Part shown: in pieces, positions 34,599 through 43,085 of the stretch
Layout: the number at the start of each line of letters is the position of its first letter
Numbering within the stretch: the stretch's first letter is position 1
Translations under genes and position numbers: made by a program
Source of the DNA: a virus
Taxonomy: Duplodnaviria > Caudoviricetes
DNA: 44,352 nucleotides
IMG/VR virus record: IMGVR_UViG_3300032247_000719
Span: 1-44,352 of that record
Strand: one strand, 5' to 3'
Notes under the pieces: generated by a model
The model's database searches: none
Told to the model about the DNA's origin: nothing
Seen by the model: only the letters and a program-made list of their open reading frames with translations

Positions 34599-35378
34599 TT
34601 ACTCTTTAGAGTCGTCAGCGTCCGCTGTTCCAGAGTTATCTTGATCCCCAACTTGAGTAAACTGATCCATAAATTGGGTAGGGATCTGTCGGGTAGACGC
34701 TGACTCTGGGCTACCTGTAAAAGCGTTCATAAGGATATCACGGCGCTGCTGCTGCTGGATACGGGTAGTGGGCGTTTCGGGGAGCGCCTCACCAGTTCTT
34801 CCTGGGATAGGCTGGTCGCGCTCTTTCTCAAGGCCCGCTACCTTCTTAGCGCGTTCCTTAGCAGATAGCGCCTTATCTTTTTCTTCTGCTCGGTTTCTAG
34901 CGCCCTCCTCACGAAGTTCATGAGAGTGGGTAGCTTTACGCATAGCAAGCTCAGCGGCTTGATTATCCCGCTCCATAGCATCTTCATGGGTAGTAGGAAT
35001 ACTAAGCCCGGCCATACTAAGGCCCGTATCCTTATCGTTAAAGGCCTGCTGACCGATATGGCGACCTTGACGGTCATAAACTTTACTGGCCTCTTGAGCA
35101 GCGGTAAGCCTCTCTGGAAGGAGCTCCTGCTTCTGCAGCATGATATTAGCTGAGTTAGCCTCTTCCTCGCGCTTAAGCATAGATTGAGCTTTTGCTAGGG
35201 TCTCTTGGTTCTTAAACCAAGCAGCATTTTGAGCTTCACCGCCACCACCACTGCTAGAAGAGTCCAAAAAACGGTTTCGCTTATTAAATAGGTTTCCCAC
35301 AGCATAGCGCATAGCCACCATTGGGTTAAGCCCTCCACTTTGGTTAGTATTAGCAATTTTAGAAACATCGTCAGCCAT
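34599..35378 (-). CDS. Hypothetical coiled-coil protein (internal virion/ejection candidate)
   Basis: Gln/Ala/Glu-rich; RBS AAGGAG; preceded by late-promoter motif. Confidence 0.7.
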   Translation of the reverse strand: MADDVSKIANTNQSGGLNPMVAMRYAVGNLFNKRNRFLDSSSSGGGGEAQNAAWFKNQETLAKAQSMLKREEEANSANIMLQKQELLPERLTAAQEASKVYDRQGRHIGQQAFNDKDTGLSMAGLSIPTTHEDAMERDNQAAELAMRKATHSHELREEGARNRAEEKDKALSAKERAKKVAGLEKERDQPIPGRTGEALPETPTTRIQQQQRRDILMNAFTGSPESASTRQIPTQFMDQFTQVGDQDNSGTADADDSKE

Positions 35379-35406
35379 AAGATCTCCTTATATAAGTTAT
35401 CTGTAT

Positions 35407-35442
35407 CATAATACGTTATTTTGACTTTAGAGTCAGTCTTTA
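35407..35442 (-). promoter_or_regulatory. Putative late promoter
   Basis: TAAAGACTGAC-N13-TAACGTATTATG. Confidence 0.45.
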
Positions 35443-35730
35443 CTACTTTTTACCGGCTCTGCGTTTATTCTCTTTAGCAACGTTCTTTGAGTGGCTCATT
35501 GCTTGTAAGTTAGACTGACTATCATGCCCCTTACGCCCACCATTATCTTTATGGTCAACGTCCGTGTCCTTAGATAGCTTAGTATGGTGCTTATCCTCGT
35601 AATCAACACGAGCCTTATTACTAGAGGTGGTTACCCACTTATCGCCTACCTTCTTCTTGTAGACGTAGATAGGGCGACCACCGTTTTGCTTAGACCCATT
35701 GTACGGACCAAATCTTTTTACATTACTCAT
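35443..35730 (-). CDS. HNH endonuclease-like protein
   Basis: DVDHKD......D..SNLQ.MS...N. Confidence 0.8.
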   Translation of the reverse strand: MSNVKRFGPYNGSKQNGGRPIYVYKKKVGDKWVTTSSNKARVDYEDKHHTKLSKDTDVDHKDNGGRKGHDSQSNLQAMSHSKNVAKENKRRAGKK

Positions 35731-36380
35731 TAGTAAGCTATCATCTTTCCAAAACCAGAGGCTACATCTGTCGAGGTAGTTCCTACTCCAGGGACAATAG
35801 AGCTTGTAGAAGCTGCACCGGGCATACTAGCTGACCTTGCAAAGGAGCCCACTCTAGAGCCCCCCTTAGCCGGCACAGCAGGACCAGCACTAGGCTTTGG
35901 AATAGGTCCAGCAGCTGCGATCGGTGATCCCAAGGGCTTAAGGTTAGAGCGGTCAACCTTTACATATTTACCGCCAATTCTTGAGGTCCACCCTAAGTAC
36001 TTTCCCGAGCCAGTTCCGCCCCATAGCTTATCGTAAGGAACTTTTTCTACTTTACCACCAACGCCGGTAGACCATACATAGCCACCACCGGCTGATACAG
36101 CAACGTGCCCATTGTCAGGGCTACCTTGATAGAATACCGCAGCACCAGCTGGGGGTAACTTTGTAGTATTAACGGCGTTATGCTTTACCGAAGAGTTATA
36201 GTAATCCTTAGCACTTCCATAAATGCCTCCACGGCCAGTTAGTGCATTTTCAGTAAACTGGTCACAGTAGCCGTTGTAGTCATAGTGACCGCCGTGCTGT
36301 TCGGCAAAGGACACAGCTTTGCCCGGATCAAGCATTCCATCTTGAGGGTTAATAGTATTACCAGAAGTATTTTTAGCCAT
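35730..36380 (-). CDS. CHAP/NlpC-P60-type peptidoglycan hydrolase
   Basis: G.CDQF...SA..Y...PP.GA.VFY......GHVAVS.G.G...YLGW; catalytic Cys-His pair. Confidence 0.8.
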   Translation of the reverse strand: MAKNTSGNTINPQDGMLDPGKAVSFAEQHGGHYDYNGYCDQFTENALTGRGGIYGSAKDYYNSSVKHNAVNTTKLPPAGAAVFYQGSPDNGHVAVSAGGGYVWSTGVGGKVEKVPYDKLWGGTGSGKYLGWTSRIGGKYVKVDRSNLKPLGSPIAAAGPIPKPSAGPAVPAKGGSRVGSFARSASMPGAASTSSIVPGVGTTSTDVASGFGKMIAY

Positions 36381-36386
36381 TACTGC

Positions 36387-37562
36387 CTACCAAGTTGTTA
36401 GTGGGTGGACGTTTTGGTAACCGATGGACATGTCAAACGCGCCTGAATCTCTTCCACGTTTTTTACGAGAATCCTCAGTAGCGCTAGCGGTAGTAACTCC
36501 AGCTGGAGGGCGAACACCTGGGCCAGGGTTTGGATTAGGCTGAGCGTTAGGCTTAGGAGCAGCATTATCCTGAGGAGTAATAAGCCGTACTCTAGCCGGA
36601 TTTAGATTTGTCCTTGGAGCTAGTGCATCCGGAGTATCAATCTTTTGTTCTGGAGCAGCTTGGTATTCAGGGTTAGCTTCAGGCTTCCACTCAGGCCAAT
36701 CAATAGGCTTGGTCTTTGGCTGTACCTCAGGCCTTGTAAGGGTGGCTGTAGGGCCCCCAGAGCTTCCTTTAGGGGTAAACCCTCCTCTAGGAGGTAGTGG
36801 AGATAGGTCACCTGTAGGTCTGGTTGGCGGAATCTTAATAGGTTTAATTTGAGTTCCCCCACCAGAAGGGCCCTCAGGTCCAGCACCAGGGGACTTACCT
36901 TCAGGGTGTAGCCCTGGATCTAAGTGTATATCTTCTGGCTTAATAATTTTTATACGAGGTGTTTTAACGCCCTTAATAGCCGGGATAAGACTAGCTACAT
37001 CTATACCTCTACTAAGTGTTTCCATAGTATTACCGGGCACATAAACTCCAAGACTTCCTAGAGTTCCAATAGCTGGTGCTCTATTCAGGCTACCTCCCTT
37101 AACGCTCCACCCAGTACCGGTTTTTGTCGGGTCATAGTTAATATCGGGAGCAGTAACATTTGGAATTCTAAATGTAGGCTTTTTTGGATCATTAATAATA
37201 GAGTTCCAGGCATTAGCGCCCACGTTAAGAGCAGCCGCACCTAGGTCAAGAGTCCCGTTAATTAAACGTGATCCAATTGCAGATGCCCCACTTCCAATGT
37301 GCTCTGCTCCGCTAGTCCATCCATGAGTTCCTGGAGGAGCTGTAGTAACATCTTTCCAAGTGCTCTTTGCAGAATCCCATAATCCAGAGGCGATAGCCCC
37401 ACCAATTTCAGCAGCAGTATTTCCAGAATCATGGTAACCAGGCTTTGTAACGTTTTTTTCGGTCGTTGTTGGAGCTGGGCCAGCAGATGGTGATGGGGTA
37501 GGTAGTGGTTGGGTATCGGTTCCATATTGCCCACGACCACGGTCAAAGCTTGCACGTCCCAT
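36387..37562 (-). CDS. Pro/Gly-rich protein with central amphipathic segments (ejection protein candidate)
   Basis: 391 aa; disordered Pro-rich C-terminal half. Confidence 0.7.
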   Translation of the reverse strand: MGRASFDRGRGQYGTDTQPLPTPSPSAGPAPTTTEKNVTKPGYHDSGNTAAEIGGAIASGLWDSAKSTWKDVTTAPPGTHGWTSGAEHIGSGASAIGSRLINGTLDLGAAALNVGANAWNSIINDPKKPTFRIPNVTAPDINYDPTKTGTGWSVKGGSLNRAPAIGTLGSLGVYVPGNTMETLSRGIDVASLIPAIKGVKTPRIKIIKPEDIHLDPGLHPEGKSPGAGPEGPSGGGTQIKPIKIPPTRPTGDLSPLPPRGGFTPKGSSGGPTATLTRPEVQPKTKPIDWPEWKPEANPEYQAAPEQKIDTPDALAPRTNLNPARVRLITPQDNAAPKPNAQPNPNPGPGVRPPAGVTTASATEDSRKKRGRDSGAFDMSIGYQNVHPLTTW

Positions 37563-37813
37563 TAAGCACCTGTCCTATTTAAAGCCCCAAAAGCATTCTG
37601 ACTTAAATTATACCGCTGATAGCTTGGTCTAGGGCCTGAAAACATGCCAACATTTACATTACGTATATTTTGATTAGTATTACGCTCTTCTGAGTAATGA
37701 TTACCTAAAGCTCTTGCCGCTCTGTCATCTCTGACCGCGGACATCGCATTAGCTAACCCAAATGAATCAGTAAGTCGCTGCATATGTAGCTGGTGAAGTT
37801 TGTCTACGTTCAT
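37562..37813 (-). CDS. Hypothetical protein
   Basis: 83 aa coupled ORF. Confidence 0.75.
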   Translation of the reverse strand: MNVDKLHQLHMQRLTDSFGLANAMSAVRDDRAARALGNHYSEERNTNQNIRNVNVGMFSGPRPSYQRYNLSQNAFGALNRTGA

Positions 37814-38157
37814 TCAGACTCCCCCTTACAGCTCTCACAGAAGTGTGGGTCCTCGCCTCTACCGATTCTCTTAGAGACATGGTGTATCGGCTCAATGTTT
37901 CCCCAAGTAAACGGGGCAAAAGTTCCATGAGCTTCACATTTAAGGGTGTACTTATCTTGGGTATGCGCCGCAGTGCTGTACTTGTTTTTATAAATAGCTA
38001 AGCCAGACCTTGTGTTACGAACCTTCTCGTATACATTATCTAATACCTCTGGGCGCATCCACTGCTTAGAGCCGTGCGCTGCAGTCGTCCTACGGTATTG
38101 GTCCTCATTAGTAAACTTTTTATCAGGGCGGTCATACCACTTTATCTCTTCACTCAT
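37810..38157 (-). CDS. Hypothetical protein with CxxH...CxxC zinc site
   Basis: CEAHG ... FCESC. Confidence 0.75.
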   Translation of the reverse strand: MSEEIKWYDRPDKKFTNEDQYRRTTAAHGSKQWMRPEVLDNVYEKVRNTRSGLAIYKNKYSTAAHTQDKYTLKCEAHGTFAPFTWGNIEPIHHVSKRIGRGEDPHFCESCKGESE

Positions 38158-38384
38158 GAGAATAGCTCCCCCTGGTTAGCGCGATTAGCGTGATGGTCTT
38201 CAATATGATCAGATGTATGGAAGGTCTTGCAGTGACGGCATGTCATTCTATCCCCAGCGTTTTCAAACCAGCCCTTGTCCTCAAGCCTGTTCTCATGGTT
38301 GACTACGTCAATAGGGTAGCGAAAATGAGGCACCTTATAGATGCGTGCTGCTTCCCGAACCTCGGGGATAGATGAACGGCTCAT
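38154..38384 (-). CDS. Small zinc-finger protein with C-terminal QGELF motif
   Basis: CRHC...H...H..DH; ends NQGELFS. Confidence 0.7.
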   Translation of the reverse strand: MSRSSIPEVREAARIYKVPHFRYPIDVVNHENRLEDKGWFENAGDRMTCRHCKTFHTSDHIEDHHANRANQGELFS

Positions 38385-38386
38385 AG

Positions 38387-39118
38387 CTACTTAATCCGAT
38401 TCACCTTTATAGATGGGTGGTGAACGGCAAATACTTCACCTTCTGCTGTCATGCCAGAGCCTAGAACATGCTCTAGAGGGGCCTGCCACTCATATAAACC
38501 AAGGCCATCACTTGCTGTAGTGCCTTTTCCGTAACCTGTTGAGGTCAAGTCGTCTTTAGAACCCCAGTCAGGGATGTATGAGGCGTTGGTCACACCTGTA
38601 CGCGGCATACCTACTCTTCTTAGAGTAACTGTAGGATTATCTGGGTTAGAGCGGTCTACTAAGCCATTCTTTTCTAAATGGTTTTGTAGCTCCATCCTAG
38701 CAGCATGACCAGTTCCCCGCTTCATTACCTGACCAATATATTCCTTAGGCCACTTGTATTGCTCGTTATTAGGAAATCTTTTTTCTTCTCCACCGTCATA
38801 ATCAGAGTCTTCATAGTCATCTGGGTCGTAATGGCCAGATGTGTCCCCCATAATCCAGTCATCTAAGCTCGCCTCAGCTCCAGAAGGGTCAGGGAGCTTA
38901 CTTAGGTGCTTATCTAGGTCAAAGCTCTCAGGGTTCACCTTGCGCTCTGTAGGGTCGCCAATTTTGACGTCTTCTTTTTTAATAGCTCCCTTTTTGAGCA
39001 TATCTCCTTGAAGGGCGTCTATCTCCTCATCTGAGGGGATATCTACATCGTCAAACTCAAAGTTGTCATCAAAATCGTCATAGTCATCATGGTTATCAAA
39101 CTGACGGCTTTTTTGCAT
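38387..39118 (-). CDS. Variant-tagged (MQKSRQF) acidic protein with putative R-S-E ADP-ribosyltransferase domain
   Basis: VTLRRVG, NAS, AEGEV; paralog of 43085-43573. Confidence 0.55.
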   Translation of the reverse strand: MQKSRQFDNHDDYDDFDDNFEFDDVDIPSDEEIDALQGDMLKKGAIKKEDVKIGDPTERKVNPESFDLDKHLSKLPDPSGAEASLDDWIMGDTSGHYDPDDYEDSDYDGGEEKRFPNNEQYKWPKEYIGQVMKRGTGHAARMELQNHLEKNGLVDRSNPDNPTVTLRRVGMPRTGVTNASYIPDWGSKDDLTSTGYGKGTTASDGLGLYEWQAPLEHVLGSGMTAEGEVFAVHHPSIKVNRIK

Positions 39119-39471
39119 TACTGTTGACCTAACTCTTTAGCGTAATCTTCATTAATATTAACACTTCCAGTAGTTCTACCGTACTGCTTACTCATCTTTT
39201 TCATAATATGCGCTGCAGCTGGGTGCATGACTTCACCCCAGTGAACGGTATGTTCTGGGTTATCTCCATAAAGTTGATGTAAAAGGGCTTGGGCGTTACC
39301 TCTACCCTCATCACCTGAGTTCATATAGAGGATATTTGTGCGCTTTACCTCTGGATCGTGCTCATACTCTACATAAGAGCTTCCTCTAGAGAGCCTTCTA
39401 ATCTCTGGAACACCATCTCCACCGTCTACGTGCTCATCGGTGTTGTCAGGAAACTGCGGTCCTCTATCCAT
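39118..39471 (-). CDS. QF-tagged GNAT-like protein
   Basis: MDRGPQF; ILYMNS.DEGRGNAQALL..L resembles GNAT motif A. Confidence 0.55.
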   Translation of the reverse strand: MDRGPQFPDNTDEHVDGGDGVPEIRRLSRGSSYVEYEHDPEVKRTNILYMNSGDEGRGNAQALLHQLYGDNPEHTVHWGEVMHPAAAHIMKKMSKQYGRTTGSVNINEDYAKELGQQ

Positions 39472-39587
39472 TACTTCTTTACCTTTTCGGGAAGATCGCC
39501 CTTAGGAGTGTGCTTCTCCCACTGTGAGGCCATACGAGGGTGCTTCTTCCACATCCAGCGTCTTTGTGCGTCCGATTTGAAGGGCAT
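39471..39587 (-). CDS. Small basic protein (38 aa, MPFKS.AQRRW type)
   Basis: Not in ORF track. MPFKSDAQRRWMWKKHPRMASQWEKHTPKGDLPEKVKK; TAATG at both ends. Confidence 0.8.
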   Translation of the reverse strand: MPFKSDAQRRWMWKKHPRMASQWEKHTPKGDLPEKVKK

Positions 39588-39925
39588 TAGCTCTCCGAGC
39601 CCAAAAAACCGCCGCAATGAGTACAGGTTCCAAAATCATCATCCTTACCCAATAGGCTTTGGCCAGATGTAGCGTGGTAAATTTGGTTATGGCCCTTAGC
39701 TAGCTCAGCGCTCTCCATTGCGCTCAAGAAGTGCTCATGATCGCCGGTCTGGTGATAGGCGTTTATGTTTCTGTGGTAGTCGTTAAGGCTCTCGTGGAAG
39801 GCGTCATGATGCGTATTTAGCCAATCCGCCTCCGACTCTGCGTTTTTTGAGGCTTTTTCTTGCTCTTCTGGGCTAAAGCCATGTTGGGCTAAGAAATCGT
39901 CTGAAAATTGTTGCCCTTGCTCCAT
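39587..39925 (-). CDS. QF-tagged His-rich helical protein, paralog 1
   Basis: MEQGQQF; FLAQHGFSPEEQ; C-terminal CTHCG. Confidence 0.8.
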   Translation of the reverse strand: MEQGQQFSDDFLAQHGFSPEEQEKASKNAESEADWLNTHHDAFHESLNDYHRNINAYHQTGDHEHFLSAMESAELAKGHNQIYHATSGQSLLGKDDDFGTCTHCGGFLGSES

Positions 39926-40263
39926 TATTCTTTCCTTCCTAAGTACTCTCCACAGTGAGTGCAGTTACCGTCTGTTTCGTCTTCGCTCATTAGAGACTTA
40001 TCAGTTATAGACCTATAAGCGCTATTAAATCCCTTAGCTATATGTCCATGTCTAAGGGCCTCATGAAGGTGGTCCTCGTCCCCAGTGGATTGATACAGGT
40101 CAAGGTGCTTATGATAGTTACCAATTGACTCGTGGAAGCCCTCGTGGTTCGCATCGGCAAATACCTCATCATATTCAGCCTTTTTTTCAGCAGCCTGTTG
40201 CTCAGCAGGGCTAAATCCGTGCTTTGCTAAGAAATCTTCCGGGAACTGTTGACCCTGATCCAT
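39925..40263 (-). CDS. QF-tagged His-rich helical protein, paralog 2
   Basis: MDQGQQF; FLAKHGFSPAEQ; C-terminal CTHCG. Confidence 0.8.
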   Translation of the reverse strand: MDQGQQFPEDFLAKHGFSPAEQQAAEKKAEYDEVFADANHEGFHESIGNYHKHLDLYQSTGDEDHLHEALRHGHIAKGFNSAYRSITDKSLMSEDETDGNCTHCGEYLGRKE

Positions 40264-40267
40264 TGTT

Positions 40268-40663
40268 TTAGCTTCCTACTCTTCCTCTAATTTGAAGTTC
40301 ATCTAAGTTTACACGCGGTGGTTTATACCCGCCCACTGAATTTGCAAAGTTTTCACCATCATCAGAGCGTACCGGCGCATGACGTAAAGGGCCGTAAGCC
40401 TCTGCTAGCCGATACATTCGGGTAGCTATACCTTTACGTTGGTGAGCCTTGTCTACATCAAAGTGAACTTCCCTATGGTGCTCACCGTTAATAGGCTCTT
40501 TATCCCTATTTCGTATCTCTAAGCTACCTATAGGGCGGTTACCCTCATCGGGGTGGTATACATTAACAAAGCCCTTGTAGCCCTTTTCGTCATCTGGTGG
40601 AATAACATGGTACTTATAAGGGCCATTACCGACCTCTGCGAAGAATTCATCGCCTCTACCCAT
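40268..40663 (-). CDS. GNAT acetyltransferase (variant tag MGRGDEF)
   Basis: VDKAHQRKGIATRMY (motif A) and RSDDGENFA. Confidence 0.8.
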   Translation of the reverse strand: MGRGDEFFAEVGNGPYKYHVIPPDDEKGYKGFVNVYHPDEGNRPIGSLEIRNRDKEPINGEHHREVHFDVDKAHQRKGIATRMYRLAEAYGPLRHAPVRSDDGENFANSVGGYKPPRVNLDELQIRGRVGS

Positions 40664-40710
40664 GATAATCCTATCTAAATTTCGACGCGGGGGCGTATTT
40701 ACAGTTAATA

Positions 40711-41841
40711 CTAGCTAATTCCGCCATTTTTGGCTCTAATTTCGGCATCTTTAGCCTCTCTAGCGGCTGCGGTAGCCTTTAGGAGGTCAGCACCGGTGTA
40801 TTTATAGTCCCGGTGTGTTGTATAGATGATCTTCTTAGGGGTATGAGCTAGCTGTAACCCCTCTAACTTACGTTGAACGGAGAAATGGTCAACATCGATA
40901 GTATGCCCACCAGCTGCGTGATAACCAGTAGAGAAGGATGACATACGTGAACCGGCCTTGGTATAAGGTCCCACTAAAGCTGCGATTACATATGCGTTTG
41001 GACGCTCTTGAATTCCGCGCTTTGCATCTCTTGGATCCTGCACATAATTATCTTCGGCGTATTTATTAGCGTAGCCCTCTTGGTATCCGTGCTCAATATC
41101 ATCTATCTTGTTTCGAATAGACCGATACTTTTTTTGTACAGACTGATTTTTCTTTCTTGTAGCCTGATCGCCACCGTATATTACTTGAGTTCCATTACGT
41201 CGTATATGTTCGCTATTATCATCTAGAAAGTCAGAAAGCTGCTGTTGAGCCCCTGAGCTAGCTGCTAAACGATTGTGATAGGCATCCGGGTCATCTGTTT
41301 CAGCATGATGCCCAAGTTCATGAATTAAAGTAGATGAGTCTAGCCTATCAGAGCGAACGGTGACGTGACCTATAGTTCCTCGGTGGTATTGCCCCAGGGT
41401 GCCACTATCAATCCGGCCTTTATCATCTCTAATTTCCCCTGTAGAGAGCACATCTACTCTACGCCTAAGTTGAGTTGGGTCTACCTTTGATCGAGCAATG
41501 CTTTGGCGGATTAAGTTCTTTTCATGCTCCGGGTGAAGTCTACCGTACTCATCAGGAGAGGCGTTTGAATCAATTTTAAGTAAATTTGACTCAGCGCTAT
41601 GTACCTGCCCCATCTGCTCTGGGTTATATCCGCGTGGGTAGCCCTCATCAGAGCCCAGCTTCTTATAAACGGTGTACTTGTTATTAGAGTTGGTAACGAG
41701 CCTCTTAGTATCTCCGTCTTGACCGGTAACGTTAAAGGCGCTGCTACCTAGATCTTTAACCCTATCAAAGCTGCGAACGGGTGTGCTTATCGGCTTACCG
41801 CTGGTAGGAGCGTCATTCGACTCAAAGATTGCCTTAGCCAT
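40711..41841 (-). CDS. Zincin-like metallopeptidase (HExxH)
   Basis: G.Y....V.V......TLIHELGHH with downstream EGYA..YA third-ligand helix. Confidence 0.7.
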   Translation of the reverse strand: MAKAIFESNDAPTSGKPISTPVRSFDRVKDLGSSAFNVTGQDGDTKRLVTNSNNKYTVYKKLGSDEGYPRGYNPEQMGQVHSAESNLLKIDSNASPDEYGRLHPEHEKNLIRQSIARSKVDPTQLRRRVDVLSTGEIRDDKGRIDSGTLGQYHRGTIGHVTVRSDRLDSSTLIHELGHHAETDDPDAYHNRLAASSGAQQQLSDFLDDNSEHIRRNGTQVIYGGDQATRKKNQSVQKKYRSIRNKIDDIEHGYQEGYANKYAEDNYVQDPRDAKRGIQERPNAYVIAALVGPYTKAGSRMSSFSTGYHAAGGHTIDVDHFSVQRKLEGLQLAHTPKKIIYTTHRDYKYTGADLLKATAAAREAKDAEIRAKNGGIS

Positions 41842-42063
41842 TTATTTACCTACCTCCGTACAAAATTCGACATATGCGTCCGCTAGCATCTCAAATAGTG
41901 TATCGTAACTCTTTGGGTGTTTTTCGCTAAAGTGGCTCTTCCACCTAACGGCATCGGTAAATAGGGATGCACATCCAGCGTTGTAGTCGCTATAGGCGAG
42001 ATTAGCGAATTTGCCGGTTTCATCGTCCCTATCGCGCTGCTCAAATAGCCATGTGGTGAACAT
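41842..42063 (-). CDS. YozE SAM-like protein
   Basis: F.TWL..Q.DRDD..G.FA.....D ... A..EF. Confidence 0.65.
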   Translation of the reverse strand: MFTTWLFEQRDRDDETGKFANLAYSDYNAGCASLFTDAVRWKSHFSEKHPKSYDTLFEMLADAYVEFCTEVGK

Positions 42064-42410
42064 TATTCCCTCCCCGGCATTAGTGAGTTACCGCAGTGGC
42101 TGCAGGCAATGTCGTCGTCCTCAGTCCAGTGAATAAGATTTTGCCCCGTTAAGCTCTTATGCTTATCCACATGTCTTTCTATAGCTTTACTAAGTCTGTT
42201 AGCTTCCATCCAGGCGTTAGCATCTGGCTCAATGTCGGAATCATTAAGCCCTAATGCCTCACGGCTTTTTTGCTCCATACGTCTATGCGCATCGTGGAAG
42301 TCCGCGTGGGTTAGGTCAATAGCTAGCTCGTTATTCTCAGCTCTTTCTTGCTCCTCTGGAGTAAAGCCGTGCTGAGCTAAAAAGTCGTTAAATTGCTGTC
42401 CTTGTTCCAT
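42063..42410 (-). CDS. QF-tagged His-rich helical protein, paralog 3
   Basis: MEQGQQF; FLAQHGFTPEEQ; C-terminal CSHCG. Confidence 0.8.
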   Translation of the reverse strand: MEQGQQFNDFLAQHGFTPEEQERAENNELAIDLTHADFHDAHRRMEQKSREALGLNDSDIEPDANAWMEANRLSKAIERHVDKHKSLTGQNLIHWTEDDDIACSHCGNSLMPGRE

Positions 42411-42697
42411 TATCCGTGTCGCTTTACTACACGAAAACCTACTTTGGACTTTTTAATCACTTTAGGTCCTTGATTCTCAGGTACTGGGATAGCCCACTTT
42501 TCAAGATCCTCCATAGTGGACCGCTCAGCCTCTTCTGGATCTACTGGGGTAACCTCATGTAAATGTTTTCCATACTCTTGCGCCAAAGACTTATCTGATG
42601 TAGCAAACGCGTGAGTGTAGTTTTGCGGAGTAATAACGTCTCCAGGCTCAAATGCCGTATCTGACGCGTGATACCAAAACTGTGGGCCTTTATCCAT
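42410..42697 (-). CDS. QF-tagged Arr-like ADP-ribosyltransferase-fold protein
   Basis: Start ATG 42697: MDKGPQF-WYHASD..F.PGDVI.P....HAFATSD...A..YG..L.EV.P ... S..GFRVV. Confidence 0.6.
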   Translation of the reverse strand: MDKGPQFWYHASDTAFEPGDVITPQNYTHAFATSDKSLAQEYGKHLHEVTPVDPEEAERSTMEDLEKWAIPVPENQGPKVIKKSKVGFRVVKRHG

Positions 42698-43085
42698 GAT
42701 CATCAGTCCCATTGCTATCATACTTTTTAGGCTTACTCTTATTAGCACGAGGAGTGTTTTTTGGGCTACGGTCTTGTTTAGGGCTTCTTTCTCCCAATCC
42801 ATGCCGCTGTTCCCACAGGTCATCCATTTTCTTTTGTTCTTTGTCTCGATGGTAGTTTAGAACAGCATCTCGATCCGTAAGGTCTACGCCACTATCCCGC
42901 ATTTCTTTATCTAGATCCTGAGCATTTCGCTCATCCCTATCAGTATTACGCGCTTCAGTACGGCACATGTCACATGCGTCTTGATGACCTAAAAGCAAGC
43001 GGTCATGGTGACCTTGATAATGCTCTTGATCATAATTACGAACCGGTTCAATCGGTTCTTCTGGGAACTGTGGGCCTCTTTCCAT
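42690..43085 (-). CDS. QF-tagged protein with HH..H..CxxC site
   Basis: Start ATG 43085 (TAATG): MERGPQF; GHH......H.DACDMC. Confidence 0.75.
   Translation of the reverse strand: MERGPQFPEEPIEPVRNYDQEHYQGHHDRLLLGHQDACDMCRTEARNTDRDERNAQDLDKEMRDSGVDLTDRDAVLNYHRDKEQKKMDDLWEQRHGLGERSPKQDRSPKNTPRANKSKPKKYDSNGTDDHG

Noticed and set aside
35443-35730. HNH as intron-encoded homing endonuclease
   Set aside because: Free-standing and TAATG-coupled; flanking genes look intact, with no room for intron RNA structure.
42698-42823. N-terminal extension of track ORF 42410..42823
   Set aside because: Overlaps the upstream gene by more than 120 nt; ATG 42697 gives the tag and a normal 8-nt overlap.
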